From positions 1,240,001-1,304,000 of the forward strand of contig JAYWIR010000019.1 in the NCBI GenBank assembly GCA_036172245.1: a DNA stretch of 64,000 nt. The letters run 5' to 3'. Positions 37,401 through 50,444 of this stretch are shown piece after piece. The position numbers and the translations under genes are program-made. The first letter of the stretch is position 1. Every line of letters starts with the position of its first letter. Origin of the DNA: Raillietiella orientalis (taxonomy: Eukaryota). The notes under the pieces were generated by a model. That model searched no databases, was not told where the DNA came from, and saw only the letters and a list, made by a program, of their open reading frames with translations.

Positions 37401-38414
37401 AAAGAAGAAAAGAGTGTACATTCCAGTGCCTCGACTCTTGGTCGTATCAATAACTTGAAATATTGGATATGTGCCATCGGAAATACGTACCGTTTGATTG
37501 CTTTGCTCTCCCTATAACAGGGGAAAAAAAAGTGACATTGAAATTCATTTTTATCGACAGCGCCACCTCGCTCTCCGGTCTTATTTCATCAAGGATCTAT
37601 TTGATATCCGTTTGAAATCCGGCTCGATAAATTCTCCTGAAAATTTCATTAAGAAACGTCTACCGACTCGATGCCAATGTTGCTTTTGTCCCTGGTTTCG
37701 GGATCGCCCGAAAGGATATGCCTCGAAAGTGAGCATGATTGGTTTTCCCGCAGCCGGAGGAAGGGAACCTCCTGGAAAACCTGGCCTCTTGTTTGAAAAA
37801 GGGAAGAGTCGCGAAGAGCGACAGAGAGAGGAACAATCACTCAGGACCACAATGTTTGGTTTGGATTTTTAGCCTGTTCGAGTTCCGGGTGGCAAGAGAT
37901 AAGCCTGGAAACATGCACAGGTAGAAAAAAATGACTTTATTGCGCAAAATAGGTTCCACTGGAAGCTCACACTTTTTTTTGATGGGGGGGAGGGGGGGGG
38001 TTTCCGGTGTAGAAATGCGTCATTATTCAACATGGCGTCAGAGTGTTTTCATGCGCAGACATATTCAACTAAACATCATCTCCTCACAGTAATAGTATCC
38101 GGAGCTTATTTACTTTGGGATTAATACAAATATTTGCTGTCACCTTTATTGCGTGAACCGTGCATGCAAACGTTCCTTCGTACCCGAATTCCTCTTTCTT
38201 GCGCGCGTTTCGGCATCGCAGTGCTGTTGTTGCTGGTGACCACCGCCTGAAGAAACTTTGCCACCGTCAGGTCACGGGAAAATCGGCGCGGCGTCTCACG
38301 ACAGAGTGGCACAATCCTTTTACTTCTGTACAGATAACAACGCACTCAGTAACCCAACAAGACGGCTGTCCTTAAGCTGAAGGTTGGGATGTTAAAGGAA
38401 ATCGATGGATTTCT

Positions 38415-38669
38415 TCACATCCCGTATGACTCCTGAATTCCCGAGGGATCGAAACACAATCTCTCGTTTTTTTCCAGTGCGCTGTCGTTGTTCTCAGGTG
38501 AATCTTCGGACCCGTGCATGCCAGGAAACAGCTGATACGGTTGCTTTTCTCCTCTCATATCACATATAATATTGCTCAGTGCCATGATGTAGTTCTTTGC
38601 CAGCGTTAGAGTCTCGATCTTGGACAGCTTCCTCTCCTTTTTCACGTGAGGAATCACTTCTCTCAAAGA
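38415..38669 (-). CDS. dimm: Last coding exon of Dimmed/MIST1-type bHLH transcription factor (end of helix 1, loop, helix 2, C-terminus)
   Basis: Acceptor ttttcAG at 38671-38670, then [35 protein letters not shown]..., stop at 38417-38415. Phase-0 join to the exon ending at 41704. Confidence 0.88.
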   Translation of the reverse strand, partial: SLREVIPHVKKERKLSKIETLTLAKNYIMALSNIICDMRGEKQPYQLFPGMHGSEDSPENNDSALEKNERLCFDPSGIQESYGM

Positions 38670-40193
38670 CTGAAAAGCACAAAGAATGGGTTTAATCAGG
38701 CAGCCGAGGCAGCAGCAGTCACGAAGATCGGATGGGGGTGGCGGAAGAGAAAGAGGGCGCGCGCTCCGTTTCTCAGAAGGGAGGGGCGCGGTACCCCTTT
38801 CACTGATGGAATCCCGAGGATGCAAGGGGAAAGTTCGAACGAGCTCGCAAGGGACCGAGGGCCGGCGCACAAGTGAGAGACCGATGAGGCATTCAGACTT
38901 TGGCTGAAGAGCTTGTGAAGTGGCAGCGGCGCTGAAGGCGCTCTCGCTGCTGTTGTCGAACGTCACTGACGACCTTTTCGAACACCGTGAGAACAAAAAC
39001 GCTCGGGGAATAAGCAGGATGGGATGGAAGAGACCGCACACGTCCCTAAACGGCACGCAGACATCACTGGTCCGCGATCGTCCTTCTTCTCTTTGCGGAT
39101 GCACAATAAGTACGGAGGACCTAAAACAGGTCTCTGAAGACTGGTGTAACGCAAGCATGCGATGTTTCTTCTGCGGCTCAAACTTCTGGCTTTCCATGCA
39201 GACGTTCCCAGGAAACGCTGTCCATCCACCTGCTGAGACCGGTCCCGACGCTGCTTGACTTTGCCAATCCAACGAGAGGCGATGCTTTCAGCGCTGTCCG
39301 CGAGGACTGCATCCGTCGCGTGGTTCCGGATGAAATTCTCGCCACCTGAGTTGCGCGATCTCCTTTTGCCTCGCAGACCCGGATTCTGCATCTCGGGTTT
39401 GGTTTTCAGCTAGTGATAATCGCGCCTCTGCAAGCACCCTTGGCTATGATATTTGCCCGTGAGCAAAGCCTCTTGGGTTGGTTGCTTCGACGGGCGCCAC
39501 GCTCCGAAATTGCGCCTCCGAATCTGATGCCCACTTTCCTCCCGTGCAATTTTTAAGGATTCAAACAAAGCGAGCCATCAACAAGTTGCTCCTGACAGTC
39601 TTATTGACCCGTGGGGACCGAATGCAAACTGACAAATGATCCTTGGAAGATGCGAGCTACACGCAACTTGTTCTGCTTCCGTATCGAATGTTATCTGAAA
39701 TTTTCCAAAATCCATTTTTTGTTTTTGCTTTTTTTTTTTTTTACTTCCGAAAGCGGAGAGGGGGAAGTGGGGGAGGGGGGAGGGGAACAGGAAAGTGTTA
39801 ACACGAGTACCCGTTCGTTCACGACGAAAATTGCATACAAGAGCTCTTAGCAGGGCCCTCAAGGAAGAAGCTGCAAATTCAATTTTTTAAACCTTGCCGT
39901 CTAATCATGTCGTTTGCTGTTGACTACGGACGAAGCAGCTGATTCCAACTCGCGTTTGACTTTCCAAATAGGCAGCAAGACCTACGCGGCCTCACATAGC
40001 TCGACCGCCAATCAAAAAAAAGGAAAAATTCCGTATTACGCGGCCAATCAGTCCCGCACAATTTCTGTGGGTCACTTTTAATCGTGCAGTCAGAGTGTTC
40101 CTCAGTTTTCAAAAAAGGAACACGAAAACACATGAGGGTTTAAGTGGTTCACGCAAGATTTTCCTCAACTTCCGTGAACTCTTGCACTACTCT

Positions 40194-40364
40194 TGGTAGC
40201 TAATGAATTTAAACAACTCCCCTCCTAATTCTAGCCCTATCATTCTCGTTGCTGGAAAATGCCCTTCTTGGACTGTTTCATCCACGAAAGTTTTTTCGAA
40301 ACTTTTCCGACAACGAGAATGATAGGGTTAAAATTGGGGAGTTGTTTAAATTCATTAGCTACCA
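40194..40364. mobile_element. Foldback/MITE-like element in the dimm intron
   Basis: Perfect 29-bp terminal inverted repeat tggtagctaatgaatttaaacaactcccc / ggggagttgtttaaattcattagctacca, continuing imperfectly (ccctatcattctcgttg / caacgagaatgataggg). No clear TSD. Confidence 0.75.
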
Positions 40365-41226
40365 GCAATTCAAGTTACCTTAATAGCAAGCACATTGAAT
40401 TATGATAATTTCCCTTTAAAGGGGAGTAACAAAAGTGCCACTGTCACAGCGTATACCTTATTTGAATATCATCCGTGTACAACCCATGGGCTCGTATAAC
40501 GCGGAAAGTGTACCTCGGTAGTGGCCTACCGTGTTGTTATCTTTGGTGAAAGCTCGCATTTTAATGCTAACCGGGGGAAGAATGATTTTCAGGAGCATTT
40601 TCGGATATTCAGTGACTCTTTCTGCAATGAGCTCTTCAAATTTGGGAATAAAAAAGTTCTTCAAAAGGAAATGGAAACACATCCATCATCTTCCGCACCT
40701 ACCTCTTCTCTTCGACTCTTCCTGCGATTTCTTCGGGTTCTTTCCTTGCCGGTCGGAGACCCATGGGATCCACATCCCATGAGATATTGTATGCTGCAGC
40801 ACATCATTTCTTTTCTCGATGCTTCTCTTGCTTCCTAAGAACCCTCAATTCCCTAGCATTTCGTCATTTCGCAGAACCCAAGATCCCAGGGGTCCCACAA
40901 CGATCGGTCTTAGGGTCGTGGGCGCTCTTTTGAAGGCAGGTGGAGAGCCAGTCCTCGGTACTTTCTCTCCTTCTTCTATCCCGTCTCTTCCGGCGCTGTT
41001 AAATCGGAACTTTCACCATTTCGTGACGCAGCACAGCCATCATCAGTAAAAGGGTTCCCAACGCCCAAGTTCCACGCTCCCAGGGAGAAGACGGTAGGCG
41101 GCGAGACGATCGCGCGCTCTGCCTCAAAGTTTGCTCTTCCCTTTTGGTTGCTCCATGCGACTGCTCCCGCAGGAGTGGGCGAACTACCGGAGCTGTCTCG
41201 AGAGCCCAGAGAGCGGGAAGGAAGTA

Positions 41227-41579
41227 CAGTGGTACCTCGGTATTCGTCGGTCATTCGTTCCGGAACTCGCGACGAGTGCCGAACGAGTTCCTTTCTAGGC
41301 AGCTTCGTGGTATCATTTTTAACCATTTTAGGACCCGCGATTGGCATTTGAAATGCACAGAAAGCATACAAAAAAAAAAAAAGGAACGATTCGGGAGGCA
41401 CTCTGTGGAAGTGTTCAGCACTGTTCGCGAGCTACCATGAGACTGAAAGCGTTTCATCACAAGAAAGGGGTGTCGAGTTCCGAGCATGCGCCGAGTGTCG
41501 GAACATTTTTTTCTCGTCAGAATACGACGAGTACTGAGTCTGACAAGTTCCGACGCCGTCGAGTACCGAGGTACCACTG
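41227..41579. mobile_element. pogo/Tigger-like (Tc1-mariner superfamily) MITE, 353 bp, in the dimm intron
   Basis: TIRs cagtggtacctcggta / taccgaggtaccactg flanked by TA target-site duplications at 41225-41226 and 41580-41581. Confidence 0.88.
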
Positions 41580-41703
41580 TACTTGGAAGGCACCCTCTGT
41601 TTGCTTCTTTCGCAGCAGCTCGCGCAGAGGCAGCTCCGTCCTCGCTCTGAGGCCGAGAATACGCGGGAGGGAGGTTGGGAAAGGAAGAAGCACGGATGTT
41701 CAC

Positions 41704-41914
41704 CTGAAAGGCTTCGTTCAAGCCGTGCATCCGCAACCGCTCGCGCTCGTTGTTCTCCAATCTGCGCCGGCTTCGCTCTTTGATCGACACGGTCTGCTTC
41801 CTCTTTCGATAGCAGGATCTCCTCAGGCTGCTGGGTATGCTCTGCATAATTTCATCGCTGATCGAAGAGGAGTCGGTGAGGTCAAGGTGCCCGTGAACAT
41901 TCTGACTGCTCTTC
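41704..41914 (-). CDS. dimm: Coding exon of Dimmed/MIST1-type bHLH (basic region and helix 1)
   Basis: Encodes RSRRRLENNERERLRMHGLNEAFQ, donor GTgaac at 41703; joins SLREVIPHV across a 3034-nt intron to give a complete Dimm/Mist1-type bHLH. 5' boundary uncertain: acceptor near 41915-41911 after a long poly-T tract, with possible starts at 41847 or in an upstream exon from ATG 42105. Confidence 0.85.
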
Positions 41915-41923
41915 CTTCGAGAC

Positions 41924-41967
41924 AAAAGAAGAAAAAAAAAAAAAAAAAAAAGAAAGAAAGAAAGAAC

Positions 41968-41998
<31 letters not shown>
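41924..41998. repeat. A-rich low-complexity tract (polypyrimidine tract on the minus strand)
   Basis: About 75 nt almost entirely A with sparse G/C, directly before the dimm exon acceptor. Confidence 0.85.
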
Positions 41999-42962
41999 GG
42001 TATTAGTGAGACGAAAGGGTCAGCCCCCGCGTTTGCTCGAAAACACCCCACTTGCACAGCAGCAACGTTCGCTCCCTTCCGGACAACGTCGTCGCTGTGC
42101 TCCATGCGGGACGCAGGTCGGGAGAGATGTCTGGAGTCCCGTCTCCAAGCCGGAGCTCACGCGACCTCGCGCGAGGTCGTGGTCGGTGAACCTCCGTCAG
42201 GAAAGGGGGCAGCGGGGAGGAACAGTAAGTGGAAGGAGGAACCGCTGTGGTCTTTTACAGCTGGTTTGCGGGAGAATTCGCTTCGACTTGCGAAGATGTG
42301 CGCGAATGGATCTTAACACATGGGATGCGCATTTCGTCACGTTCGTGTTGGAGGGGAAAGGTGGGGGGGGGGGGGATGATTACTCGTTTCCAACGCTTCA
42401 GGTCGAAAGCACCGGAAAGGGAGCAAAGCTACGGCGGCTGCGCATACGGGGAAGCCTTGCGGTTCGAACGCCTGCTTGGCCAGCGCTTCGAGTTACTGCG
42501 CATGCGTGAAGCAGCGTCGCACATTAAAAGCCCTGGGCAGCCACCCGGCGGCAGCCACCTGGGTCTTGGCCGTTCTTTCGCCGGACGTGCGGAGGACTCT
42601 ATGACACGTTCAAGCTGTGACGTGATCTGTTCGTCGACTGCTGGCAGTCAGGCGCCGCCCGGGGACGTCAGCAGGCCAGCTTCCACGTGGTTTGCTCGAC
42701 GGCCTCGCTTCGTACCAAGTCGATCCTTTGAGGTCGCGCCAGCATTCTGCCTCCGAAGTGCTGGTGGACGGAAACGGCACGAAATGGATTGCGGAGAGCT
42801 GCTGCCATAAAAAAATAAATAAAAATAAAACCACTGCCGCCTTAAACTTCACTGAAATCAGCAGTCTGCGGGTCTTCTTCATGCGACTAACTTGGAGATC
42901 GAATCAACCACCTTTCAGTGACCGCCTAACGGTGGCTACGCTGATGGCGCTCTTTACGTTAA

Positions 42963-43476
42963 CCCTTTGAGTGCTATGGACGCATATATGCGTCTGGCAA
43001 ATGTTTTTTCACCTTACACTCGCGGCATAATGATCAACACTATCCATGTTTGAGATGAACGGTACACTTACGTCCTTATAATTCCCTTAGCAACGACAAT
43101 AAACAAAATTCTATTTATATCTGCTAACGATTCTCGTTTCCCCCCCCCCCTCTTTGTCGCATATAATTTATTATATTACTTTTCATTTTTTGTGATATTT
43201 TAAAAATGTGAATGACTTATCGATTCATCCGAATTGTAATTATAATTTTTAAATAAATAGTATATGTTTGGGAAAAATGAAAATCTTTTATTCAGTGTGG
43301 TGTGAATGAACAGTTATAATGGTAACTTTAATCAGCACTTTATAAAGTCGGTCGGTACCTCCGATCGAGTAGGCGGCACGCGAAAGGAGCATTTCCGTCC
43401 ACAGAGGTCACAACTGCGACCGTCGCGTGCGGTCAACACGGAACGTTTAAATCTGATGAGCTCCGCACCCAAAGGG
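42963..43476. mobile_element. Non-autonomous piggyBac element (514 bp)
   Basis: TTAA-ccctttgagtgc ... gcacccaaaggg-TTAA (TSDs at 42959-42962 and 43477-43480; 11/12 TIR match), subterminal palindrome gacgcatatatgcgtc, AT-rich non-coding interior. Confidence 0.85.
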
Positions 43477-44737
43477 TTAACAAGGAAGGGTTATCTCGAA
43501 TGTTGGGTTGGTTTTCGTGCAAACAAACCCCCCGGCTACCCTCTCTTCCCCCCCCCCCCCTCCACTTTGCGTATCTGTAAAAAAGGCGGGACGGTGCTCT
43601 GCCAACCTTCAAGCAAGCGAAGGTCCGGTGGCCGTCGCCGGTGGTGGTGGTGAAGAAGAATTCAATAGTAATTCAATAGTAATGGCGATGCGATTCAGGG
43701 AAAACTCAAGTTCTGCGTTTAAATGAAAGATCACGAACACGTCCTAGCAACAAAATGACAATAAAGCGGATTTTCATGGAGTGCAGACTCGGAAACATCT
43801 TGCCTTCTCCTCTTGCAGGGTGCTGGGTGCTGGTGCAACCCATCCTGAAAAGCCATCTTTTGAAATAAGATTTTGGATTTCAACCAGGTGGCAGCGCCGT
43901 GTCACCGAACGAGGGTCCGCTCCAAAGATTAAAAAAAAGGGGGAGGGGGAATTCTTCGTTGAGATACTGGCTCTCGAACGCGGTCTTGCCCAGTTTCGTG
44001 GGCCGGTGCTCCTTCGATTCCTTTCCAAGTTGCGAGCCCGCTCCCCGGGCGTCTTTTGGGAGATTTCGTGAAAAGTTTGTTCCCCCTCAAGCAGCCATTC
44101 CGGGAAGCTGGAGCGATTCAGGGTGCCAGCGTGAGCACAATGTTCTATCGGATCTTCGTCTCGGTGCTGAAGTGTTTCGAGAACGTTCCCGATATTCGTG
44201 AAGTACACCCGACGCACCCTCTTAGGAACCAAACCACATACGAGTGGGAGCGCGCATCAGTCTGCCGAAGAGTTCCCTCATTAAGCAGTCAGATCACCGT
44301 ACTGTCTCAGATGCTGAAAAGTCTTTCGCAGTGTTTTTGTACAGGAATAGCAGGATTTCCAAATCCGAACCTACGGGCATACCAGACATGTCTTAAATCG
44401 ATTTTTTTTTGTTTAGCTCTGTTAGGGCGAAAAAAAAAAAAAAAAAAAGAACGGTAAGCGGAAAAAATGGTCTCGATGGTACGCAGTCTGAGTCTTATGA
44501 GCTACGCTTTCAGCGGCAGCCTTTGATCCTTTTGCATGTCTCGTTTTGAATTTTAGAAGTTTTCGCTTCGTCGAGCTAAAGCTTCCTCTTCATCGGTCAA
44601 GCAATTCTGAGGTGGCGTTCGAAATTATCCAAAAATGGCTCACTCTATTTTTGGAGGGGGGGACCTCCATGAAACTGCAAGTGGGAAAGCAGATCGTTTT
44701 GATCAGGCTGCTATAAAGGAGAGCGAACAGATGGGAT

Positions 44738-44808
44738 GCTGTGAGGCTCAACCTCCTTTGCTGCAGTCTGCCTGCTTTCAAGTTTGGGTTCGAATCCCCC
44801 AGCACAGC
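44738..44808 (+). pseudogene. Possible tRNA-derived relic (tRNA pseudogene or SINE head)
   Basis: 71 nt bounded by complementary gctgtg/cacagc, with a B-box ggttcgaatccc in the T-loop position. D arm and anticodon arm are not recognisable. Confidence 0.25.
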
Positions 44809-45073
44809 TTCCCGGAACTGATGGAGTGTGGACGGAAGCACCCCCACCCAGTGGCTAGGGCCAAGAATTGCTACCGCTTTTGTTGGGGCAACTCGGGTTG
44901 AATTCCAAAGCTTCGAACGTATCTTGAACCAAGTGTTCAGCTCCTTTTTTCTCTATCCTTTGAGTCTTGCAGTTTGGAATATTCCTCCAAGATGTCTTCC
45001 ATGGTTTCCAGCTTTCTGCAACAATTCATGCAAGGAAATTCTTGTCAGAATAAAAAAAAAAAAAACAACCAAA

Positions 45074-45096
45074 CAGAGAGAGAGAGAGAGAGAGAG
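45074..45096. repeat. (GA)n microsatellite
   Basis: Direct observation. Confidence 0.9.
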
Positions 45097-47833
45097 GGTC
45101 AATCGTAAGTTATGCCGAAATTATTGGGGCGGTTGGCTTCGATCACTGAGGATTGAAGAGGTCCACTGAATCGTCGTGGCCTTCCACTGTTTCCCATAGT
45201 GAATCGGGGAGAGAAGACGAGGGATGGGTTCGCGGATCCCTACGAGCTGGTCAGTTACCAGCAGTCTGCCACGAAAAGGGCTTTAGCAGACGGGCAGGTA
45301 TCTTTGCTGCCTACTCCCTTGCTGTCACAGCATTTTTTTTGTTCTGTTTTTTGGCCCCATTTTCGATCAATTATGTTTTGTTTGGAGTGCTTCATGACTA
45401 CGACACGTCTGTCAGTAGCATGTTTTCGAGGACTCCAGGGATGCAACAGCAGGGGTGCTGCTCGGGGAGGAGTATCAAAGAGCGCTGTCAATATTGTCAC
45501 CGAGTTTTGATCTGTGACCGCTCAAAACGAAACCAGGAAAAACCCTTTTTTCCGTTCTCTGAGAGCTCATTGAGCAAAGAGGGATCGTTCTTGCGCATGC
45601 ACGGGCGTAACGATACCTCGATGCGTCTCTGTGAGTGTGGATGGTAGGTGCAGCAGAAACTAAAGGAAGACGGAGGAGAACAAGACGAGTGCAGGGAGCA
45701 GTGCGAAGGTATGGAAGCGAAGTGCAAATGAGTCCAGAAGGTCAGGGGACCGTGAAGAAGAAGGAGTTTCCATTACCCGGCAGAGTGTTGCAGGAACAGC
45801 AATAAACGTCATCTCCGAAAATGGAATGACCTCTGTTGTTCCGAAGACAACTCGGGAAAAATTCTTCCTGTCCTTCTGTCACAAAAAGCTCGGAGATCTT
45901 GAATGCTTCGTCAAGATTCGAATGTTCTGAGAGAAATGGGTCCTCGAATTTTTGATGACACATGTACGTTTTACGCATTTATCTTTAGGTAAATGACACG
46001 ACTAATGGGACCGTGGCGTTTCCTTAGCCGCGCACATGACATTGAGGGATGGGTTGAAAGCATAAAGAAGCAGGAAAGAACGGCAGTTCAAGAGACTTGG
46101 AATAGGAAGTTTCTGCTTAGATCCTAGGCAAGCAACTTGAAACCAGGGAGAAACTCTTAACCAAACTTCTCTGAGAGCAAAGTATTCGAAACGAAGCACT
46201 TTCCTTCAAGATAGTTTCTATGGTTTCCTGGCTCTCGGATGATCTCGTGAGCGGCGTCTGGAAGCAAAATGCCCCGCAGTGGTCGCGTCACAAGTCAACC
46301 ACCTCACGATGCTCATGGAGAGAACATGAATAAGAGGTTCTTTCTCATAGGGAAGCATCGAAATCATTTGAGCAAAGCATAAAGCATGTGGACCATCCAT
46401 GTGTACGATTCACTGCAGCACCATATACAAACTGTTTTACTGGACCCATTGATCACTGCAACCAATGCATACTGAAGCATTCATGAGTTAAGAAATTGAA
46501 TGGCAGTTGAGCTATGTTAAGCAGATCCTCGTTACCTCTTGAGATGAGTCTCAATCTTGGATGGAACTCATTGGATAAATACCAAATGCACTTCCATTTA
46601 TCTGTAGAACCTTCATTCCAAAATGAGTGCAATTTCTGGGCCATGAATTTTTTCACGCTTGCTGCATAGACGACAGCTAAGCGAACTGGTACATGGAGAA
46701 GAGCACGTGAGCATGAAGAGAAAGTTGAGCGGCGTGTGCTGGACATAAGCCGCTCAACTGAGGCGTCTGCCCAGCATACGCCGGAGTACCTGTGACAAGT
46801 AGCAAGAAACCATTAAAAGCGCTACAGCCAAGGGAGAGATGGAGTCTGCGCTCTTTATCGCACCAGCGGTTCAGCGGGGCATTGTCCGGCTGGGACTTTT
46901 CCCAGACACAGAGGATAAACTCCTGAGTCGTTTGACCACGTTCGATGTTTCGGTGGCCAAGAACTTCACGCAGCCGACGCAGAATTCCTGAAGGTTGGAT
47001 TTCCGCAGAGTCACCCTCTGCTCAGGCTGCCTTCGCATCTCTGGAACTGTTGCGGGAGGTTTCCTCCTCCATCATCTGGTGCAGCGCAAAAAGTGCTGCA
47101 AAGGATTGTTGGAAAGATGATCCACGCAGGAAGCACGCCGGAGGTGTATGAAGAGTGCTGCCAACTGTTAGCGGGATGCCCTCAAGATATAATTGGATCC
47201 AGTGATATCAGACAAAGACACCTCATCACGACTTCATGAACCATTGGAATGCGAGCTCTCCTGATTAGAGCGGCGGCAGGAGGAGGAAGAGTATCCTCCT
47301 CCTCCCTGGAATTGAAGGGAACTGAAGTCTAAAGCGGACGAGCTAAGGTGCACCCTGAAGTTGAGGAAGCGGAAAGAATCGGGACTTCCAGAAAACGACC
47401 TGGATCGTGTACCAAACGCAGAAGCGCTTACTTCATCCCAAATGGAAAGTGCGCAGATCTCCGAGAATCTGAAGTCAAATTTTGGAATCTTCTGGAGGCC
47501 AAGCAACGTGAAGAAGGAAGTGAAGCAAACATAGGGACCGCGATCCACGTTCCAGGAAGATGTGCTCAGCCGCACCGATGAGGGAATGAGGAAGATCAGG
47601 GAAATCGCTGACCATGAAGCCGAAGTCGAAGAACAAGATTCATGAGGCGGGAAAGGACCAACGGAACCAGCACAGGCATCTTCTTGGAGTGATGGTAGAG
47701 ATGCTGCGCACAGGAATGTAGGGCATAATAAGCGACCCACGGGGAGTCCCCCAGAAGAACGTGGCATTTGTGTTCTGTTGTTCCGGAGCATTCCTGGCCG
47801 AGAAATACAGCAGACACAGCGGGAAGGAAAAAA

Positions 47834-47875
47834 AAACCCTCTAGCCACAGGCAGTTGCCTGTGGCTAGAGGGTTT
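47834..47875. repeat. Perfect palindrome, 20-bp arms with 2-nt loop
   Basis: aaaccctctagccacaggca-gt-tgcctgtggctagagggttt. Confidence 0.9.
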
Positions 47876-50444
47876 CAGCACCTGAATTTTCGTGCTCTAG
47901 AGTCCGTAGCTGCGTCGATAATTTTCCTGAAGAAACGGGTTCTTATGGAGACCTCGTTACAGAGCTCTCGAAGATCTGTTGTTTGCATCCCCAACACCCC
48001 CTTTTCGCATTTCTTCGATTGCTTGGGAATAGTTGGAAATCCTTCATTGGGGGGTGGTATTAGCAGGCAGTCCCACGAGGAAGAGGTACTGAATCGGCTT
48101 ACCTCTCATAGCCCCTCTGCAAGACGCATGACGCAAGCTCTAGTAGGAGCAGATGCTGTTAATGACGATGGTCTAAATGACCTTATGAGCTCGGCATCAC
48201 TACACGCCCAAAGCCACGCAGGAGAGGAGAGGGGGCTTCTTCGTCGTTTTCCATACATCGGAGCTGAGAGCTACGTCAGGGAGTAAAGGAAGGAAGGAAA
48301 GCCGTTCCGACTGGAAGTGCTGCCGGCTGCCGAATCGGCGGGCATAGAGAGAGGGTTCCTCTGGCAGCGTCAAGCTAAAGGAAAGTGAGCTGCGCGTGAG
48401 TTCTTCTTCTCATGCTAAAATGGCGAATCCAGAATGTAAAACGGGAGCATCAGACTTGCTATGCTTCCTTCAAGCATCATCTTCTCTTGTATCACAACTT
48501 CCTCAACATGATGTATGCCCGGTTTCCCGAGGCACGACGCCACTTGACGGCATAAGAGCAGTGAACTAGGAAGTTTCCAGTGATCGTTTTTACAGCTCGT
48601 GGTTGCCTCATGCATTCGCCGCTACATTTGCGGCATCTATGGGCACGCCGGCGTGGATGATTTCCGGATGACGCTCCAAATCTCATGAAGAGAAGCAGTT
48701 CTTGAACAAAGAAGATATCGCCGACACAAGCCCCATGATTAAAACCTGCTACGGCATTCCTCCTCACACAACTTCAATGACCGTGAAGGGAGAATGGAAG
48801 ATAGGGAAGAACTCCCCCTCTTTATTTGCACTGTTGTAGGTGTTCACTTTGAAAAGAAAAAGAGGATTACCCGTTCTCATTTTCGCCTGGATTCTTTCCG
48901 AAATTTCGATCAAAACCATCTTCTCTAATTCTGATTAACTGAGCACATTTCGACGGAAATGCAATGATTTCAGTTTTTTTCTTATCTAACATTTTTTTCG
49001 ACTCTCATTTCGTTTATCTGTACATAGTGATTCCTTCACGTACTAAGTCACAGCTTACGGCGAAAAGCCTCTTGTCTCTTGTCCTGAACTCTTTTGAATT
49101 TTCCCGTTATAGCGTTTAAGGAACACTTCATATCTTTCATAAGTACTACAGCATGTACTATCCATGGGGCTCGTATAACGCGGGGCCTGCTGTACATACA
49201 TGGATGCGCATTCATCTAAACCACTGATCAGCCACTGATGAGTCAGTGCTCTCGATTTATTCCTCATACTAAAGTAAGAAAACCACAAAATATTTACACA
49301 ATATGCGTACATATACCATATGTATGAAAACATGTTTGTGTGTTTGTGAGTTGGAAGCACTGTGAGTACACACGGAGATGGGTGGAGACCCCAAAGTACG
49401 CAGTAAGTCCGTTCAGTCGTAAAATAGAGGCCTCCATGTACATCCACAAGTCCGTTTCCGTGTTTTGAATCCCACTCTGATAATTTGACGAGTCTTTTGC
49501 TTTGGTTGCTACGAGTGGCTGGGATAAACCCAAGTTCACGAGTGAGCGAGATCTGAGTTCGCCTCTCAGCGCAGAATAATTTAGCACATCTGAACAAATC
49601 TGGAAGGTGAAGAATAACGTCGGCTTCAGTGAGCGGATCATCTTTTCACCAAAAGAAGATTTGCAGTGAATCAGGTCCATGCGGGAAAAAAGCTGCATTT
49701 CCCAGGCAGCCAATCATTCAATTAGCTGGAGCGGAGGGATAAGCAAATTCATTGATAACAACGGGATGGATCGAAAGCTAGGAGGAGGAGGAGGATGCCC
49801 AGGAAGAGGATATGTAGACCAAATAAAGAAAAGCAAAAAAGAAAGAAGCTAGACTTATCGTGCCCTCAGGGATCATTAAGGCTGACGACACTGACGTAAG
49901 GCAGATGAATGCGAGATCGAGGGGCAGGAAACTGCGCCCGTCCCGTGAAATCAGAGCCGAAGGAAGACTTCGCGTGTCCTCTAGTGAAGTTGTGGCTCAA
50001 GGAGCAATAGTGGGTGCACAGAGCGAAGATGTCGATACGGTTGCACCCGGGAAAAACAGATTGTGCGTGTCTGCGGCCCTCACTTTCCGTGAGAAAGGAG
50101 GTCCAGTGGTGTGAACGTGACTTCCTTCCAAGAGCATTGCCGTCCAATTATTCAAGCTGTCAAACTGTTTATCTCTTTTGGAATTCAGTGTCCTCCCAAA
50201 CGAAGCTCGTATTCCTTGAGGATGGAGCGACCAGGTACCAAAAGGCCTGCAAGCAGATGTGGGTATGCACGTATGCGTACGCATGCAAATATCTGTGAGC
50301 GTGCGTGTACGCGAGTGCATGTATGTGTATATACGTTTATTCTACGCGTGTGAGTGTGATATGTGTGTACATATGCCACGCAGCGACCGCTGCGGGACAC
50401 TTCGAATCTTTCGCCAAAGGCACGCCTGCGGAGCGATTCGAAAC

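Noticed and set aside
38670..39272. N-terminal part of the 285-aa ORF 38415-39272
   Set aside because: Intron read-through; bHLH similarity begins only at the acceptor at 38670.
23915..42105. Functional secretory-pathway cluster (UVRAG, ERMP1, dimm)
   Set aside because: Adjacency alone gives no evidence of co-regulation, and the genes lie in different compositional compartments.
43450..43500. ctgatga strings (also at ~9247, ~49236, ~52890) as hammerhead ribozyme cores
   Set aside because: No stem II followed by gaaa and no closing stems were found.
47290..47645. L1/CR1 ORF1-like motif (KLRKRKESGLPE)
   Set aside because: One short motif only; insufficient support.
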